Shown here: piece after piece, positions 17,727 to 26,548 of the stretch
Layout of the letters: each line of letters begins with the position of its first letter
How positions within the stretch are numbered: position 1 is the stretch's first letter
NCBI GenBank assembly: GCA_964586965.1
Contig: CAZPJU010000001.1
Span: 1 to 40,176, forward strand
DNA: 40,176 nt
Source of the DNA: an uncultured Lachnospiraceae bacterium
GTDB taxonomy: Bacteria; Bacillota; Clostridia; Oscillospirales; CAG-272
Direction of reading: 5' to 3'
Program-made: the position numbers and the translations under genes
Notes under the pieces: generated by a model
Told to the model about the DNA's origin: nothing
Databases searched by the model: none
What the model saw: the letters and a program-made list of their open reading frames with translations, nothing else

Positions 17727-19751
17727 TCAGTTGTTGATGAGAATTTCGGTTTCAATGTTGCCGCAGAAAATGTCAAACTTGCCTTTCGCGGGAACAACAC
17801 TGCCGTCCTCAAGTACATGAGTGAACGCGTTTTTGTCGGCTTTGAGCACGACGGTCTTTTCATCTCCTGCGTGAAGCGAAACTCTTGTAAACGCGATTAA
17901 TTTTTTGATCGGTACACGGATGTCCGCTTCTTTTTCGTGACAATAGAGTAAAACAACTTCGTCACCGTCACGATTACCTGTGTTTTTTATTCTGACCGCA
18001 AAGGTTGCACCTTCTTTAGTGTTTTTGAAAGTGAAATCGGAGTATTCAAACGTCGTGTACGATAATCCGTGACCGAACGGGTACAGCGGATCTCCGCGAT
18101 AGAATTTGTACGTGCGGTTTTCCATTGAGTAATCCTCGAACGGGGGAAGTTCATCCGTTGAACGGTAGAACGTGACGGGCAAACGTGCAGACGGAACGGT
18201 CTTTCCGAAAATAATGTCGGCAAGTGCGTTTCCGCCGTCCGATCCGCCGTAGAAAAATTGAATTACGGCGTCCGATGTCTCGTCTTGGCGGCAAAGATTC
18301 ATAGCGCTGCCGCTTACGGAGACAGTGATGATAGGCTTGCCACGTGAAAGCACCGCCTCGTAAAGCGTGCGCTGAGCTTCCGGAATTTCAATGTCCTGTT
18401 TGTCGCCGGCACCTTCCTCACCCTCAAAACGGGGAGCAAGACCGAGACAAAGCACAACAACATCGGATCTGTCGGCGGCAAGCTGCGCTTCGCGGATATA
18501 GTGCTCGTCCCAAGCGTCAACGTCACCGCGGAAATATCGTGTGCCCATCGCATAATAAACTTTGCCTTTTGCGGCGCGCTTGATACCTTCAAAGATCGTT
18601 GTGTGATCGAAAGGCGTGCCGTTGTAGTTTCCGAGAAGAACTTCGGCATCGTCTGCGTTCGGACCGATAACGGCAATTTTAAGATCACGGTTGTTGTTAA
18701 GCGGCAAAATTCCGTTATTCTTCAGCAAAACAATAGATTCGCGCGCCATTTTTGCGTTCAGCTTTTTGTGCTTGGTGCAATTCACAACGTCGTAGGGAAT
18801 GCTGTCGTATTTGCAGTCGTCGGCAAACATACCGAGACGGTATCGCGCAGTAAACAGTTTTACAGCAGCTTCGGTTATGGTTTCTTCGTCGATCAAACCC
18901 GCTTCATGTGCGGCGAGAAGCGATGCATACGCAGAACCGCAATTCAAAACGCAACCGGCCTTTACGGCAAGCGCCGAGCTTTCCGCAGGTGTTTCGGTGT
19001 AGTGATGGTGAGCGTTAATGTCGTTGATCGCGCCGCAATCGGAGAGATAATATCCGTTGAAGCCGAAAGTGTTATAGAGAATGTCGATGAGAGTCGGTGA
19101 AGCACAGCAAGGCTCGCCGTTGGTTCTGTTGTATGCGCCCATAACGGCAGACGGGTCTGATTTTTCTATGCAATAACGGAACGCTTCAAGGTATGTTTCA
19201 AACATATCCTGCTTTGTTGCAACAGCGTCAAAGCCGTGACGTAAGTTTTCCGGACCGCTGTGTACCGCATAATGCTTCAAGGTAGCGTCAAGCTTGCGAT
19301 ATTTGTAATTTGGGTCTCCTTGCAATCCGCGAACAAAAGCACTGCCCATGCGACCCGTCAAATACGGATCTTCACCGTAGGTTTCGTGACCTCTGCCCCA
19401 ACGTGGATCTCTGAAAATGTTGATGTTCGGTGACCAAAACGTCAAGCCCTGATAGATCTGCGTTCCTCCGAAACGCTTGTATTCATTGTATTTTGCACGT
19501 GCCTCATCCGAGATCGCGTCCGCGACATTATAAATAAGCTTGTCGTCGAACGAAGCCGCCATTGCGATGGCTTGAGGAAATACCGTTGCGACTCCGGAGC
19601 GTGCAACTCCGTGAAGCGCTTCGTTCCACCAGTTGTATTCGGGTACGCCGAGACGCGGGATCGCAGGTGCGTCGTATTTGAGCTGAGCGCATTTTTCGGC
19701 GATAGTCATCTTGCCGACAAGCTCACGGGCAAGCTTTTCAAATTCGTTCAT
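17727..19751 (-). CDS. Glycoside hydrolase family 3 (beta-glucosidase/beta-xylosidase type), cytoplasmic
   Basis: The N-terminus KYDAPAIPRLGVPEYNWWNEALHGVAR, the KHY motif and GYYLSDCGAI (the SD nucleophile region) are GH3 hallmarks. There is no signal peptide. A GAAAGGA RBS precedes the start. Confidence 0.9.
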   Translation of the reverse strand: MNEFEKLARELVGKMTIAEKCAQLKYDAPAIPRLGVPEYNWWNEALHGVARSGVATVFPQAIAMAASFDDKLIYNVADAISDEARAKYNEYKRFGGTQIYQGLTFWSPNINIFRDPRWGRGHETYGEDPYLTGRMGSAFVRGLQGDPNYKYRKLDATLKHYAVHSGPENLRHGFDAVATKQDMFETYLEAFRYCIEKSDPSAVMGAYNRTNGEPCCASPTLIDILYNTFGFNGYYLSDCGAINDINAHHHYTETPAESSALAVKAGCVLNCGSAYASLLAAHEAGLIDEETITEAAVKLFTARYRLGMFADDCKYDSIPYDVVNCTKHKKLNAKMARESIVLLKNNGILPLNNNRDLKIAVIGPNADDAEVLLGNYNGTPFDHTTIFEGIKRAAKGKVYYAMGTRYFRGDVDAWDEHYIREAQLAADRSDVVVLCLGLAPRFEGEEGAGDKQDIEIPEAQRTLYEAVLSRGKPIITVSVSGSAMNLCRQDETSDAVIQFFYGGSDGGNALADIIFGKTVPSARLPVTFYRSTDELPPFEDYSMENRTYKFYRGDPLYPFGHGLSYTTFEYSDFTFKNTKEGATFAVRIKNTGNRDGDEVVLLYCHEKEADIRVPIKKLIAFTRVSLHAGDEKTVVLKADKNAFTHVLEDGSVVPAKGKFDIFCGNIETEILINN

Positions 19752-19952
19752 AAAAAATCCTTTCTCGGCAACGCCGAAAGCGAAAAATAAAGCAGTGATA
19801 GGAACAATAACATTTTTCCGTGCCTTAAACAGTATATCGCATTCGAATGGTAATTGTCACCCCTCAAAAGATAATTTTCAAAAATGTGTCCGAACCTCGC
19901 CGCAAAGTGACGAATTGTAGCGCAAAAAACTAAAAAAATCATGTTTTTTTCG

Positions 19953-19981
19953 TTGACAACGGTGAGTTTATCTGTTATAAT
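19953..19981 (+). promoter_or_regulatory. Consensus sigmaA promoter of tRNA-Thr
   Basis: TTGACA (19953-19958), a 17-nt spacer and TATAAT (19976-19981), located 19 nt before the tRNA 5' end. Confidence 0.7.
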
Positions 19982-19999
19982 AAATTTCGGTCATAAAAT

Positions 20000-20072
20000 G
20001 CTGCTATGGCTCAGTTGGTAGAGCACATCCTTGGTAAGGATGAGGTCATCAGTTCGAATCTGATTAGCAGCT
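20000..20072 (+). tRNA. tRNA-Thr (anticodon GGT), no encoded CCA
   Basis: A manual cloverleaf fits. Acceptor GCTGCTA/TAGCAGC, D arm GCTC-AGTTGGTA-GAGC, anticodon arm CATCC-TTGGTAA-GGATG, T arm ATCAG-TTCGAAT-CTGAT. Confidence 0.95.
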
Positions 20073-20075
20073 TAG

Positions 20076-20109
20076 AAAACTCCTTGGGTTTCTTTCAAGG
20101 AGTTTTTTT
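20076..20109 (+). terminator. Intrinsic terminator of tRNA-Thr
   Basis: The stem is AAAACTCCTTG, a 9-nt loop, CAAGGAGTTTT, followed by additional Ts. Confidence 0.85.
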
Positions 20110-20218
20110 AATAAAGCTATCATAAACAAAAAACGAATCTGTCAGATTGTACTCTTTAAATGGTGTAATTTATCAAAATTGTCAAGTGTGCTTTTTGAAA
20201 GATTTTTCTATGTATAGC

Positions 20219-20247
20219 TTGATTTTATATTCATATAGTGATATACT
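20219..20247 (+). promoter_or_regulatory. Candidate promoter of the pilus-locus leader
   Basis: TTGATT (20219-20224), a 17-nt spacer and TATACT (20242-20247). The surrounding DNA is AT-rich, so this could be a chance match. Confidence 0.3.
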
Positions 20248-20314
20248 TACGATGTATTTTTTGGTGATAGGTACTTTCCATAGCGGAATTTCTTCACTGC
20301 ATAATGGATTATAA

Positions 20315-20344
20315 GTGCCTGACTCGGTCGGGCACGTTTTTTTT
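20315..20344 (+). terminator. Intrinsic terminator/attenuator about 24 nt upstream of the first pilus-locus CDS
   Basis: A 9-bp stem GTGCCTGAC / GTCGGGCAC (one G-U pair) with loop TCG is followed by G plus nine Ts. The RBS GGAAAGAGGA of the next gene follows immediately. Confidence 0.7.
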
Positions 20345-20367
20345 GGCAAAATGCGGAAAGAGGATGC

Positions 20368-20814
20368 ATGACTGACAGGGAACTCAGAAAGTTGAGCCGC
20401 AGAGATCTTCTTGAAATTATGCTCAGACAGAGCGAGGAGATCCGCGAACTTAAAGAAAAGTTGAATAAGGCTGAAGCCGAGCTGCGCGACAGACAGATAA
20501 AGATCGATAAGTGCGGGACGCTCGCGGAAGCTTCGTTGCAGTTGAACGGAGTTTTTGATGCAGCTCATGCCGCATCGCGTCAATATCTTGATAATATCGA
20601 AAATTTCAGTCAGCGTCAGGAAAAAATATGCGAGCGTATGATTGAGGAAAGTCAAGCCGAGGCGGATGCAATACTTAAAGCGGCGGCGAGACAGCAGGTT
20701 GAGCTTGAATATGCGACGGCAATTCAGTGCGCGAAAATGAAAGCGGAGGCAAAAGCCGAAGTGCAGGCGTATTGGGATGAGGTGCATGGAAAAAAGAATA
20801 ATGAAGCAAAATAA
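20368..20814 (+). CDS. Coiled-coil protein of unknown function (first gene of pilus locus)
   Basis: It is 148 aa with no signal peptide and is heptad-rich (ELKEKLNKAEAELRDRQIKI...). A good RBS precedes the start. I do not recognise a characterised family. Confidence 0.5.
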   Translation: MTDRELRKLSRRDLLEIMLRQSEEIRELKEKLNKAEAELRDRQIKIDKCGTLAEASLQLNGVFDAAHAASRQYLDNIENFSQRQEKICERMIEESQAEADAILKAAARQQVELEYATAIQCAKMKAEAKAEVQAYWDEVHGKKNNEAK

Positions 20815-21385
20815 AAGCATGGAAATGCCCGAAATCGAACAAATTCAAGCAGAATTGAACCGAGTTAAGTTCCGTTCACGGTATCGCGCGGTGCTGAGAA
20901 GCACGATTTATTCATTGATAGTTGTTGCGGCGGTTGCGGTGCTTGTTGCGACTGTTTGGATGCCGGTTCTGCAAATTTACGGTTCGTCTATGACGCCTAC
21001 CTTGAATGAAGGCGAAATCGTAGTGTCCTTGAAAGATTCGAAATTCGAGCAGGGAGATTTGATTGCGTTTTACATAGGAAACAAGATACTTGTGAAGCGC
21101 TGTATTGCCGGACCGGGGCAATGGGTCAATATTGACGAGGATGGAAATGTATACGTTGACGGAGAATTGATCGACGAACCGTATCTGACGGAAAAATCGT
21201 TGGGCAATTGCAATATCGAATTGCCGTATCAGGTGCCGGAGGCACGATATTTTTGCATGGGAGATCACCGTGCAACATCTGCGGACTCAAGATCTTCCGA
21301 GATCGGATGTGTGTCCGAAGAACAAATCGTAGGCAAGATAGTTTTTCGAGTTTGGCCGTTAAACAAATTCGGATCAATTGAGTAA
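20777..21385 (+). CDS. Signal peptidase I (S26, LepB/P-type)
   Basis: It has an N-terminal TM helix and boxes B (YGSSMTPTL), D (LVKRCIAGPG) and E (GDHRATSADSR). The start is ambiguous: in-frame ATGs occur at 20777, 20786, 20801 and 20819. Confidence 0.85.
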   Translation: MRCMEKRIMKQNKSMEMPEIEQIQAELNRVKFRSRYRAVLRSTIYSLIVVAAVAVLVATVWMPVLQIYGSSMTPTLNEGEIVVSLKDSKFEQGDLIAFYIGNKILVKRCIAGPGQWVNIDEDGNVYVDGELIDEPYLTEKSLGNCNIELPYQVPEARYFCMGDHRATSADSRSSEIGCVSEEQIVGKIVFRVWPLNKFGSIE

Positions 21386-21399
21386 AAAGGGGGAATTCA

Positions 21400-24108
21400 A
21401 TGACGCTGAAATCTCTGCCGGAAGCGGAGAAATATTCAAAAGCTCATCGTCGCAGGAAACATTGGCGTCGTGTGGTTACAGTACTTGCCGCCATTGTGGT
21501 ATTTTGTACGACGTATGCATTGATACTTCCTGCGATAACGATGGAAAATAAACCCGAATCGGATGCCGAAACTTATTCGAGTCCGTTTTCGTATGCCAAA
21601 GCCATAAGTACAAAGGATTTTATCAATCTTAACCTGTATAACTACGGTGACGATATAAACACTAATTATGTTTCCGATAAAATATATCCCGGATTCCAGC
21701 AGGACAGCGGAACGTTGACTGTTGGCGGATTGAAAAGCAGCAACTTCGGAAACAACATCACGCAAGACCTTGCTGCGGGAATTTCGGATGTGACAAACAA
21801 TGGCGGAGCGATAAACGCAACCAATGAAAGCGCGAATAAGCCTCTTGTCGGCGCAATGCATAACACCTTGGTTAACGGATATCCGCAAACGGCAGATGGC
21901 GCCGATCTGAAATATCTTTTTGATCATCCCGTTAATACCGAAAATGTTGACGGTTTGTTCCAATACGACGAGGAAACGGGCGAATATTGGTTTGACAGCA
22001 GACGAAACCATGCGCAATATTCAAACAATAAGTTTACGCTGTACGATCAAATAATCACGCCGAACTTTATATGGTATCCGTTCGGTAATTTTTTGCCGTT
22101 TGATGATATAACAAGCGAGGCTACGCAAACAAGTACTATCAATCGCCAATATTTTGTGGATGTCGCCAACCGTGCCGGTGAAAAAACGGGAGAGTATATA
22201 ACGCTTTCAAATGTTCTTAACGCTTGGATCAGGCTGATGGATTCATCATGCGGAACAGGCTGGACTTACGATACGGTGCTTTCGAAAGCGAGCTATACGG
22301 GCGCAACATATTCGGATTACAGTAAGTTGTATTCGCTTGATTACGATAAACCGACCGATTTTTTCTTCGGTATGGATATGAATATGAGCTTTGTACAGCC
22401 GAAGAACGGTATAACGGGACCTAAAGGTGACCGCGAGATGGTGTTCAACTTTTCTGGCGACGACGATGTGTGGGTGTACATAGACGGAAAACTTGTGCTT
22501 GATCTGTCGGGTATTCACCGTCACGTCGGGGGAAGCATCAACTTCGCAACGGGTACGGTTACGTACAGAGCCTATCAAAGCTACACAAACGCGGCTGTCG
22601 GTGAGGTTTATGAAACAAAGACCTTTGAGGAACTCGGACTTGATGTTGACGAAAACGGCAGACTTAAAGATTATTCCGTGCACGATTTTCATTTTTATTA
22701 CATGGAGCGCGGTGCCGGTTCAAGCGTTTGCGAAATCAACTTTAATTTCCCGATCCTCAAGAAAAATTCAGTAGCGGTAACGAAGGAGCTCGCCTCAGAC
22801 GCGGATATTTCCGCGCTCGGAAATCCGGACTTTAAGTTTCAAATGTTAAAGGAAAACGGAACGGAACTTTTTGTCGGTGCGTATACGTCGTTCACTATCG
22901 TCGAAAACGGAACGGAAATCGGCACGGGAATGACCGATGCCGACGGAGTTTTCACTTTGAAGGCGGGGCAGACCGCATGGTTTGAAGACATCTCGGAGGA
23001 CAGCGGAAAATATTTTGTCCGTGAACTTTTCGATTCGGGAACGTTAAGTCAGTATGGTCGGATAACTGTCAGCGGTGAGGCAATCACTGAAAGAAACAAT
23101 GTAACTGTCGGTGATGAGATATTTACAGGCGCAGACAGTCCTGTTCGGGATATTTCCGACGGAAACACACACTTTATTTTTGAGAACGAGATCTCTACGG
23201 CGGAACTCGGAAGTCTGTCGATTCAAAAGACCTTGACAAACTCTGACAAATTATTGCCGTCGTCAATTTTTACGTTTGAAGTGAAACTTGACGACGAGCT
23301 CTTGCCGGTCGGTACGAGCTATTATGTTGACGGCGTGCTGAAAACTGTCGCCGTTGCCGGAGAAGTTACCGTTGCTTCGGGACAGACCGCTGTGATTAAC
23401 AACATTCTTGCCGGGACGTCGTTTTCGTTGAAGGAGACTGAAGCGTCTGCGGACGGTTATGTTGTAAGCTATTTTTTGAACGGCGTGATGCAAGCCGAGG
23501 ACGGAGTTGCCGGAACCGTTCAAACAAAAACAACTGCGGAGGTGTCGGTCAATAATACGGAGCTTGTCGCATCAGTTGTTATTCCGGTGCATAAAACGCT
23601 CAAACTGCCGGACGGCAACGAGCACAGCTACACGATACGGCTTGAAATGATAAACGATCCGAGCAATCTGACCACTGCCGTTGACCCTGCATTCATACGC
23701 GATCTTACGATAAATATAACAAACGATCCAATCGAATCTGAGTTTGAACTCGGCTATGCGATTTCGGATTTTGACGAGTTGCCGCAGATATTGTATTACA
23801 AGATCACAGAACTAAAAAACGAAAACGATGCTGTTGAAACGGCGTATGACGAATCCGTATATGTCGTTGAGGTCACCGTGAAAAGGACGGGAAAGAACTT
23901 CGATGCCGCTGTTACCGGGGTGTGGAAAAACGGCGAAAAACAGACGGATACGGCAGCGCTTTCGTTTGAAAACAGTCTTGTCAGATATGAACTGCCGAAA
24001 ACGGGTGGTGTCGGCGGCGCTTTGTATGTACTTGCAGGTATCGCACTGACGATAAGCGCTGCGATATTGGTCTATAACAATAAAAAATGCGGAAAGGAAA
24101 ATGCGTAA
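21400..24108 (+). CDS. LPXTG-anchored pilus tip adhesin candidate with fibro-slime/PA14-like domain and isopeptide-type stalk domains
   Basis: The C-terminus is LPKTGG plus a TM helix plus KKCGKENA. The segment FNFSGDDDVWVYIDGKLVLDLSGIHRH...HDFHFYYMERGAGSSVCEINFN matches the fibro-slime/PA14 pattern. Downstream are Cna-B/SpaA-like and Spy0128-like repeat segments (YYKITELKNE...YDESVYVVEVTV). Confidence 0.8.
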   Translation: MTLKSLPEAEKYSKAHRRRKHWRRVVTVLAAIVVFCTTYALILPAITMENKPESDAETYSSPFSYAKAISTKDFINLNLYNYGDDINTNYVSDKIYPGFQQDSGTLTVGGLKSSNFGNNITQDLAAGISDVTNNGGAINATNESANKPLVGAMHNTLVNGYPQTADGADLKYLFDHPVNTENVDGLFQYDEETGEYWFDSRRNHAQYSNNKFTLYDQIITPNFIWYPFGNFLPFDDITSEATQTSTINRQYFVDVANRAGEKTGEYITLSNVLNAWIRLMDSSCGTGWTYDTVLSKASYTGATYSDYSKLYSLDYDKPTDFFFGMDMNMSFVQPKNGITGPKGDREMVFNFSGDDDVWVYIDGKLVLDLSGIHRHVGGSINFATGTVTYRAYQSYTNAAVGEVYETKTFEELGLDVDENGRLKDYSVHDFHFYYMERGAGSSVCEINFNFPILKKNSVAVTKELASDADISALGNPDFKFQMLKENGTELFVGAYTSFTIVENGTEIGTGMTDADGVFTLKAGQTAWFEDISEDSGKYFVRELFDSGTLSQYGRITVSGEAITERNNVTVGDEIFTGADSPVRDISDGNTHFIFENEISTAELGSLSIQKTLTNSDKLLPSSIFTFEVKLDDELLPVGTSYYVDGVLKTVAVAGEVTVASGQTAVINNILAGTSFSLKETEASADGYVVSYFLNGVMQAEDGVAGTVQTKTTAEVSVNNTELVASVVIPVHKTLKLPDGNEHSYTIRLEMINDPSNLTTAVDPAFIRDLTINITNDPIESEFELGYAISDFDELPQILYYKITELKNENDAVETAYDESVYVVEVTVKRTGKNFDAAVTGVWKNGEKQTDTAALSFENSLVRYELPKTGGVGGALYVLAGIALTISAAILVYNNKKCGKENA

Positions 24109-24175
24109 GCTTATCCTTTTTGCGAAAAATCATAAAAACTATTTATTCTATCTAATCCCTGAAAGGACAAACACA

Positions 24176-25600
24176 ATGAAAAAAATGAAAAAACTTTTGA
24201 GCGTGTTGCTTATGCTCGCAATGATGGTCAGCCTTGCAACAGCTTCCTTTGCCGCTGACGAAAAAGGCTCGATCACGATCAATAATGCCGTTACCGAGCA
24301 GATATACAAGGCTTATCGTATTTTGAATCTCGAAAGCTACAACTCGGAAACAAATGCTTATGCTTATAAGGCAAACTCTGCTTGGGAAACATGGCTCAAA
24401 ACTCAGCAAAATTATGTAAACATAGATGCATCCGGATATGTGACATGGGTTGAAAATGCCGACGTCAGCGAATTTGCGAAGCTTGCTCAGGTGTATGCGT
24501 CGGAAAACAGTATCGAAGCCGATGCAACTGTGACAGCAACAAGCACAACTGTTAAATTTGAAAATCTCGATCTCGGATATTATCTCGTTGACACTACACT
24601 CGGCACTATTTGTTCACTTGATACAACAAATCCCGACGTTATAATGACGGAAAAGAACGCAGCTCCCGAAAATAAAAAGGAAGTGGAAGAAGATTCTACC
24701 GGCGATTACGGTGAAGAAAACGATGCTGATCTCGGTCAGACAGTTAACTTCAAAAGCACAATTACCGCGCAGGCGGGTGCGGAGAATTATGTTTTCCACG
24801 ATAAAATGAGTGAAGGTCTTACTTATACGGGTGTTACGAGCGTTAAGCTCAACGAAACGGATGTTGCAGAAAAATACTACGAAGTAACGACAACGAATAC
24901 AGACTATACGTTTGAGATAACCTTTTCTCAGGAATTCTGCGATACTCTAAAAAAAGACGATCAAATCGTCATCTCTTATACCGCAACAGTTAACGAAAAT
25001 GCCGTTATCGGTTTGCCCGGAAACCCCAATGAAAGCAGTCTTTCTTACGGTGATTCATCCAATGTAAAGACAACTCCCGCAAGCAAAACAACAACATACG
25101 TTTGGGATCTTGATGTGCTCAAGTACGCTAACGGAGTAGAAAGCAATGTTCTTGCCGATGCAGAATTTGTCCTGCTCAACAGTAATAAAACAAAGGTCGC
25201 AACGGTTGTAAACGGTAAGTTCACCGGTTGGGTAGATATTCCTTCCGAATCAGCTGACGGATCGATTGCGTGGCCCGAAAATACAGTGCTCACAACTGGC
25301 ACAAACGGAAAAATCGAGATCGACGGTCTTGATTCCGACGACTATTACATCCGCGAGGTAAAGGCGCCCGCAGGCTTTAATAAGCTTGCAAGCGATGTGG
25401 AAGTAAGCGTAACAGGCAAAACGACAGAGGGCGATCAGGCAAAATATGATACGGTGATCGCCAAGATTAATAACCAGTCCGGAACCGAACTTCCTTCCAC
25501 CGGCGGTATCGGTACCGTAATATTCTATGTTGTGGGCGGAGTGCTCGTCCTTGCGGCAGTAGTGTTCTTTGTAACGAAAAAGCGCATGAGCGCTAAATAA
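24176..25600 (+). CDS. LPXTG major pilin (SpaA/SpaH-type backbone subunit)
   Basis: ATG at 24176 follows GAAAGGA. The signal peptide ends ASFA/AD. It has GSITINNAV...YKAYRIL, an E-box-like YYIREVKAPAGFN, and LPSTGG plus a TM helix plus KKRMSAK. Confidence 0.85.
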   Translation: MKKMKKLLSVLLMLAMMVSLATASFAADEKGSITINNAVTEQIYKAYRILNLESYNSETNAYAYKANSAWETWLKTQQNYVNIDASGYVTWVENADVSEFAKLAQVYASENSIEADATVTATSTTVKFENLDLGYYLVDTTLGTICSLDTTNPDVIMTEKNAAPENKKEVEEDSTGDYGEENDADLGQTVNFKSTITAQAGAENYVFHDKMSEGLTYTGVTSVKLNETDVAEKYYEVTTTNTDYTFEITFSQEFCDTLKKDDQIVISYTATVNENAVIGLPGNPNESSLSYGDSSNVKTTPASKTTTYVWDLDVLKYANGVESNVLADAEFVLLNSNKTKVATVVNGKFTGWVDIPSESADGSIAWPENTVLTTGTNGKIEIDGLDSDDYYIREVKAPAGFNKLASDVEVSVTGKTTEGDQAKYDTVIAKINNQSGTELPSTGGIGTVIFYVVGGVLVLAAVVFFVTKKRMSAK

Positions 25601-25624
25601 TAAGCTCAAATAATATCCGCTTTG

Positions 25625-25652
25625 CGCGGGAAAACGGAGCCGTTTTCCCGCG
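25625..25652 (+). promoter_or_regulatory. Strong intercistronic hairpin between major pilin and sortase genes (no U-tract)
   Basis: A perfect 12-bp stem CGCGGGAAAACG / CGTTTTCCCGCG with loop GAGC. It is followed by TACAGCGG rather than a T-run. Confidence 0.6.
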
Positions 25653-25675
25653 TACAGCGGTAAGGAGAATCCCGT

Positions 25676-26548
25676 ATGAAGAAAAAGCAGAACAATTTTA
25701 TAACGTTTTGCATGGTTTTGTTGCTTTTTGCGGGCTTGTCCTTGCTGCTGTATCCGACTGTGAGTAATTATTGGAACTCGAAACATTCCACTCAGGCGAT
25801 ATCCGGTTATGCCGAGCAGGTAGCCGGTTTGGATGAGAAAGAATACGAAGAACTATGGCAGTCGGCGGTGACATATAATAGGTCGCTTTTGGCGCGAGGT
25901 AATTCTTATTTGCTTTCCGAGACTCAAAAAGCGGAATACAGACAACTTTTGGACGTTTCGGGACTCGGCGTTATAGGTTACATTGAAATCCCCGTAATTG
26001 ATGTCAGCCTTCCGATATACCGCGGAACGGATGAATCTGTTTTGCAGGTTGCGGTCGGACATTTGGAGTGGTCGAGCTTGCCTGTCGGCGGCAAAAGCAC
26101 GCATTGCGTGCTTTCCGGTCACAGAGGACTTCCGAGCGCAAAGCTTTTTACGAATTTGGATAAGCTTGTCACGGGAGATGTATTTGTTTTGCGTGTGCTT
26201 GATGAGGTCTTGACATACGAGGTCGATAAGATTTCAATCGTTGAACCCGATGAAACCGAACTGCTTGAGATCGTCGACGGTATGGATTACTGTACGCTTG
26301 TGACTTGTACTCCATACGGTATAAATACTCAGCGCTTGCTTGTTCGCGGACATAGGATCGAAAACGCAGATGATGCTAAGACTGTTCGCGTAACGGCGGA
26401 GGCAATACAGATCGAGCCGTTGCTCGTAGCGCCTGTTGTGGCAACGCCTATCCTGCTTTTCCTTTTGATTATTTTGCTTTTACCGAAGAAAAAGAAACCG
26501 GCAAACAGAGGTGATTATGATGAGGACGAATGTAATAAAACGCTTTAG
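25676..26548 (+). CDS. srtC: Class C (pilin-polymerising) sortase
   Basis: It has N- and C-terminal TM segments and catalytic motifs VLSGHRG (His), TLVTCTPYG (Cys) and LLVRGHRI (Arg). An AAGGAG RBS precedes the start. Confidence 0.9.
   Translation: MKKKQNNFITFCMVLLLFAGLSLLLYPTVSNYWNSKHSTQAISGYAEQVAGLDEKEYEELWQSAVTYNRSLLARGNSYLLSETQKAEYRQLLDVSGLGVIGYIEIPVIDVSLPIYRGTDESVLQVAVGHLEWSSLPVGGKSTHCVLSGHRGLPSAKLFTNLDKLVTGDVFVLRVLDEVLTYEVDKISIVEPDETELLEIVDGMDYCTLVTCTPYGINTQRLLVRGHRIENADDAKTVRVTAEAIQIEPLLVAPVVATPILLFLLIILLLPKKKKPANRGDYDEDECNKTL

Noticed and set aside
20252-20314. A 20-codon leader ORF (MYFLVIGTFHSGISSLHNGL) ending exactly at the foot of the 20315 terminator stem, as a leader-peptide attenuation device.
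   Set aside because: It has no Shine-Dalgarno sequence. Its ATG coincides with the predicted transcription start of the only candidate promoter. There is no run of regulatory codons.
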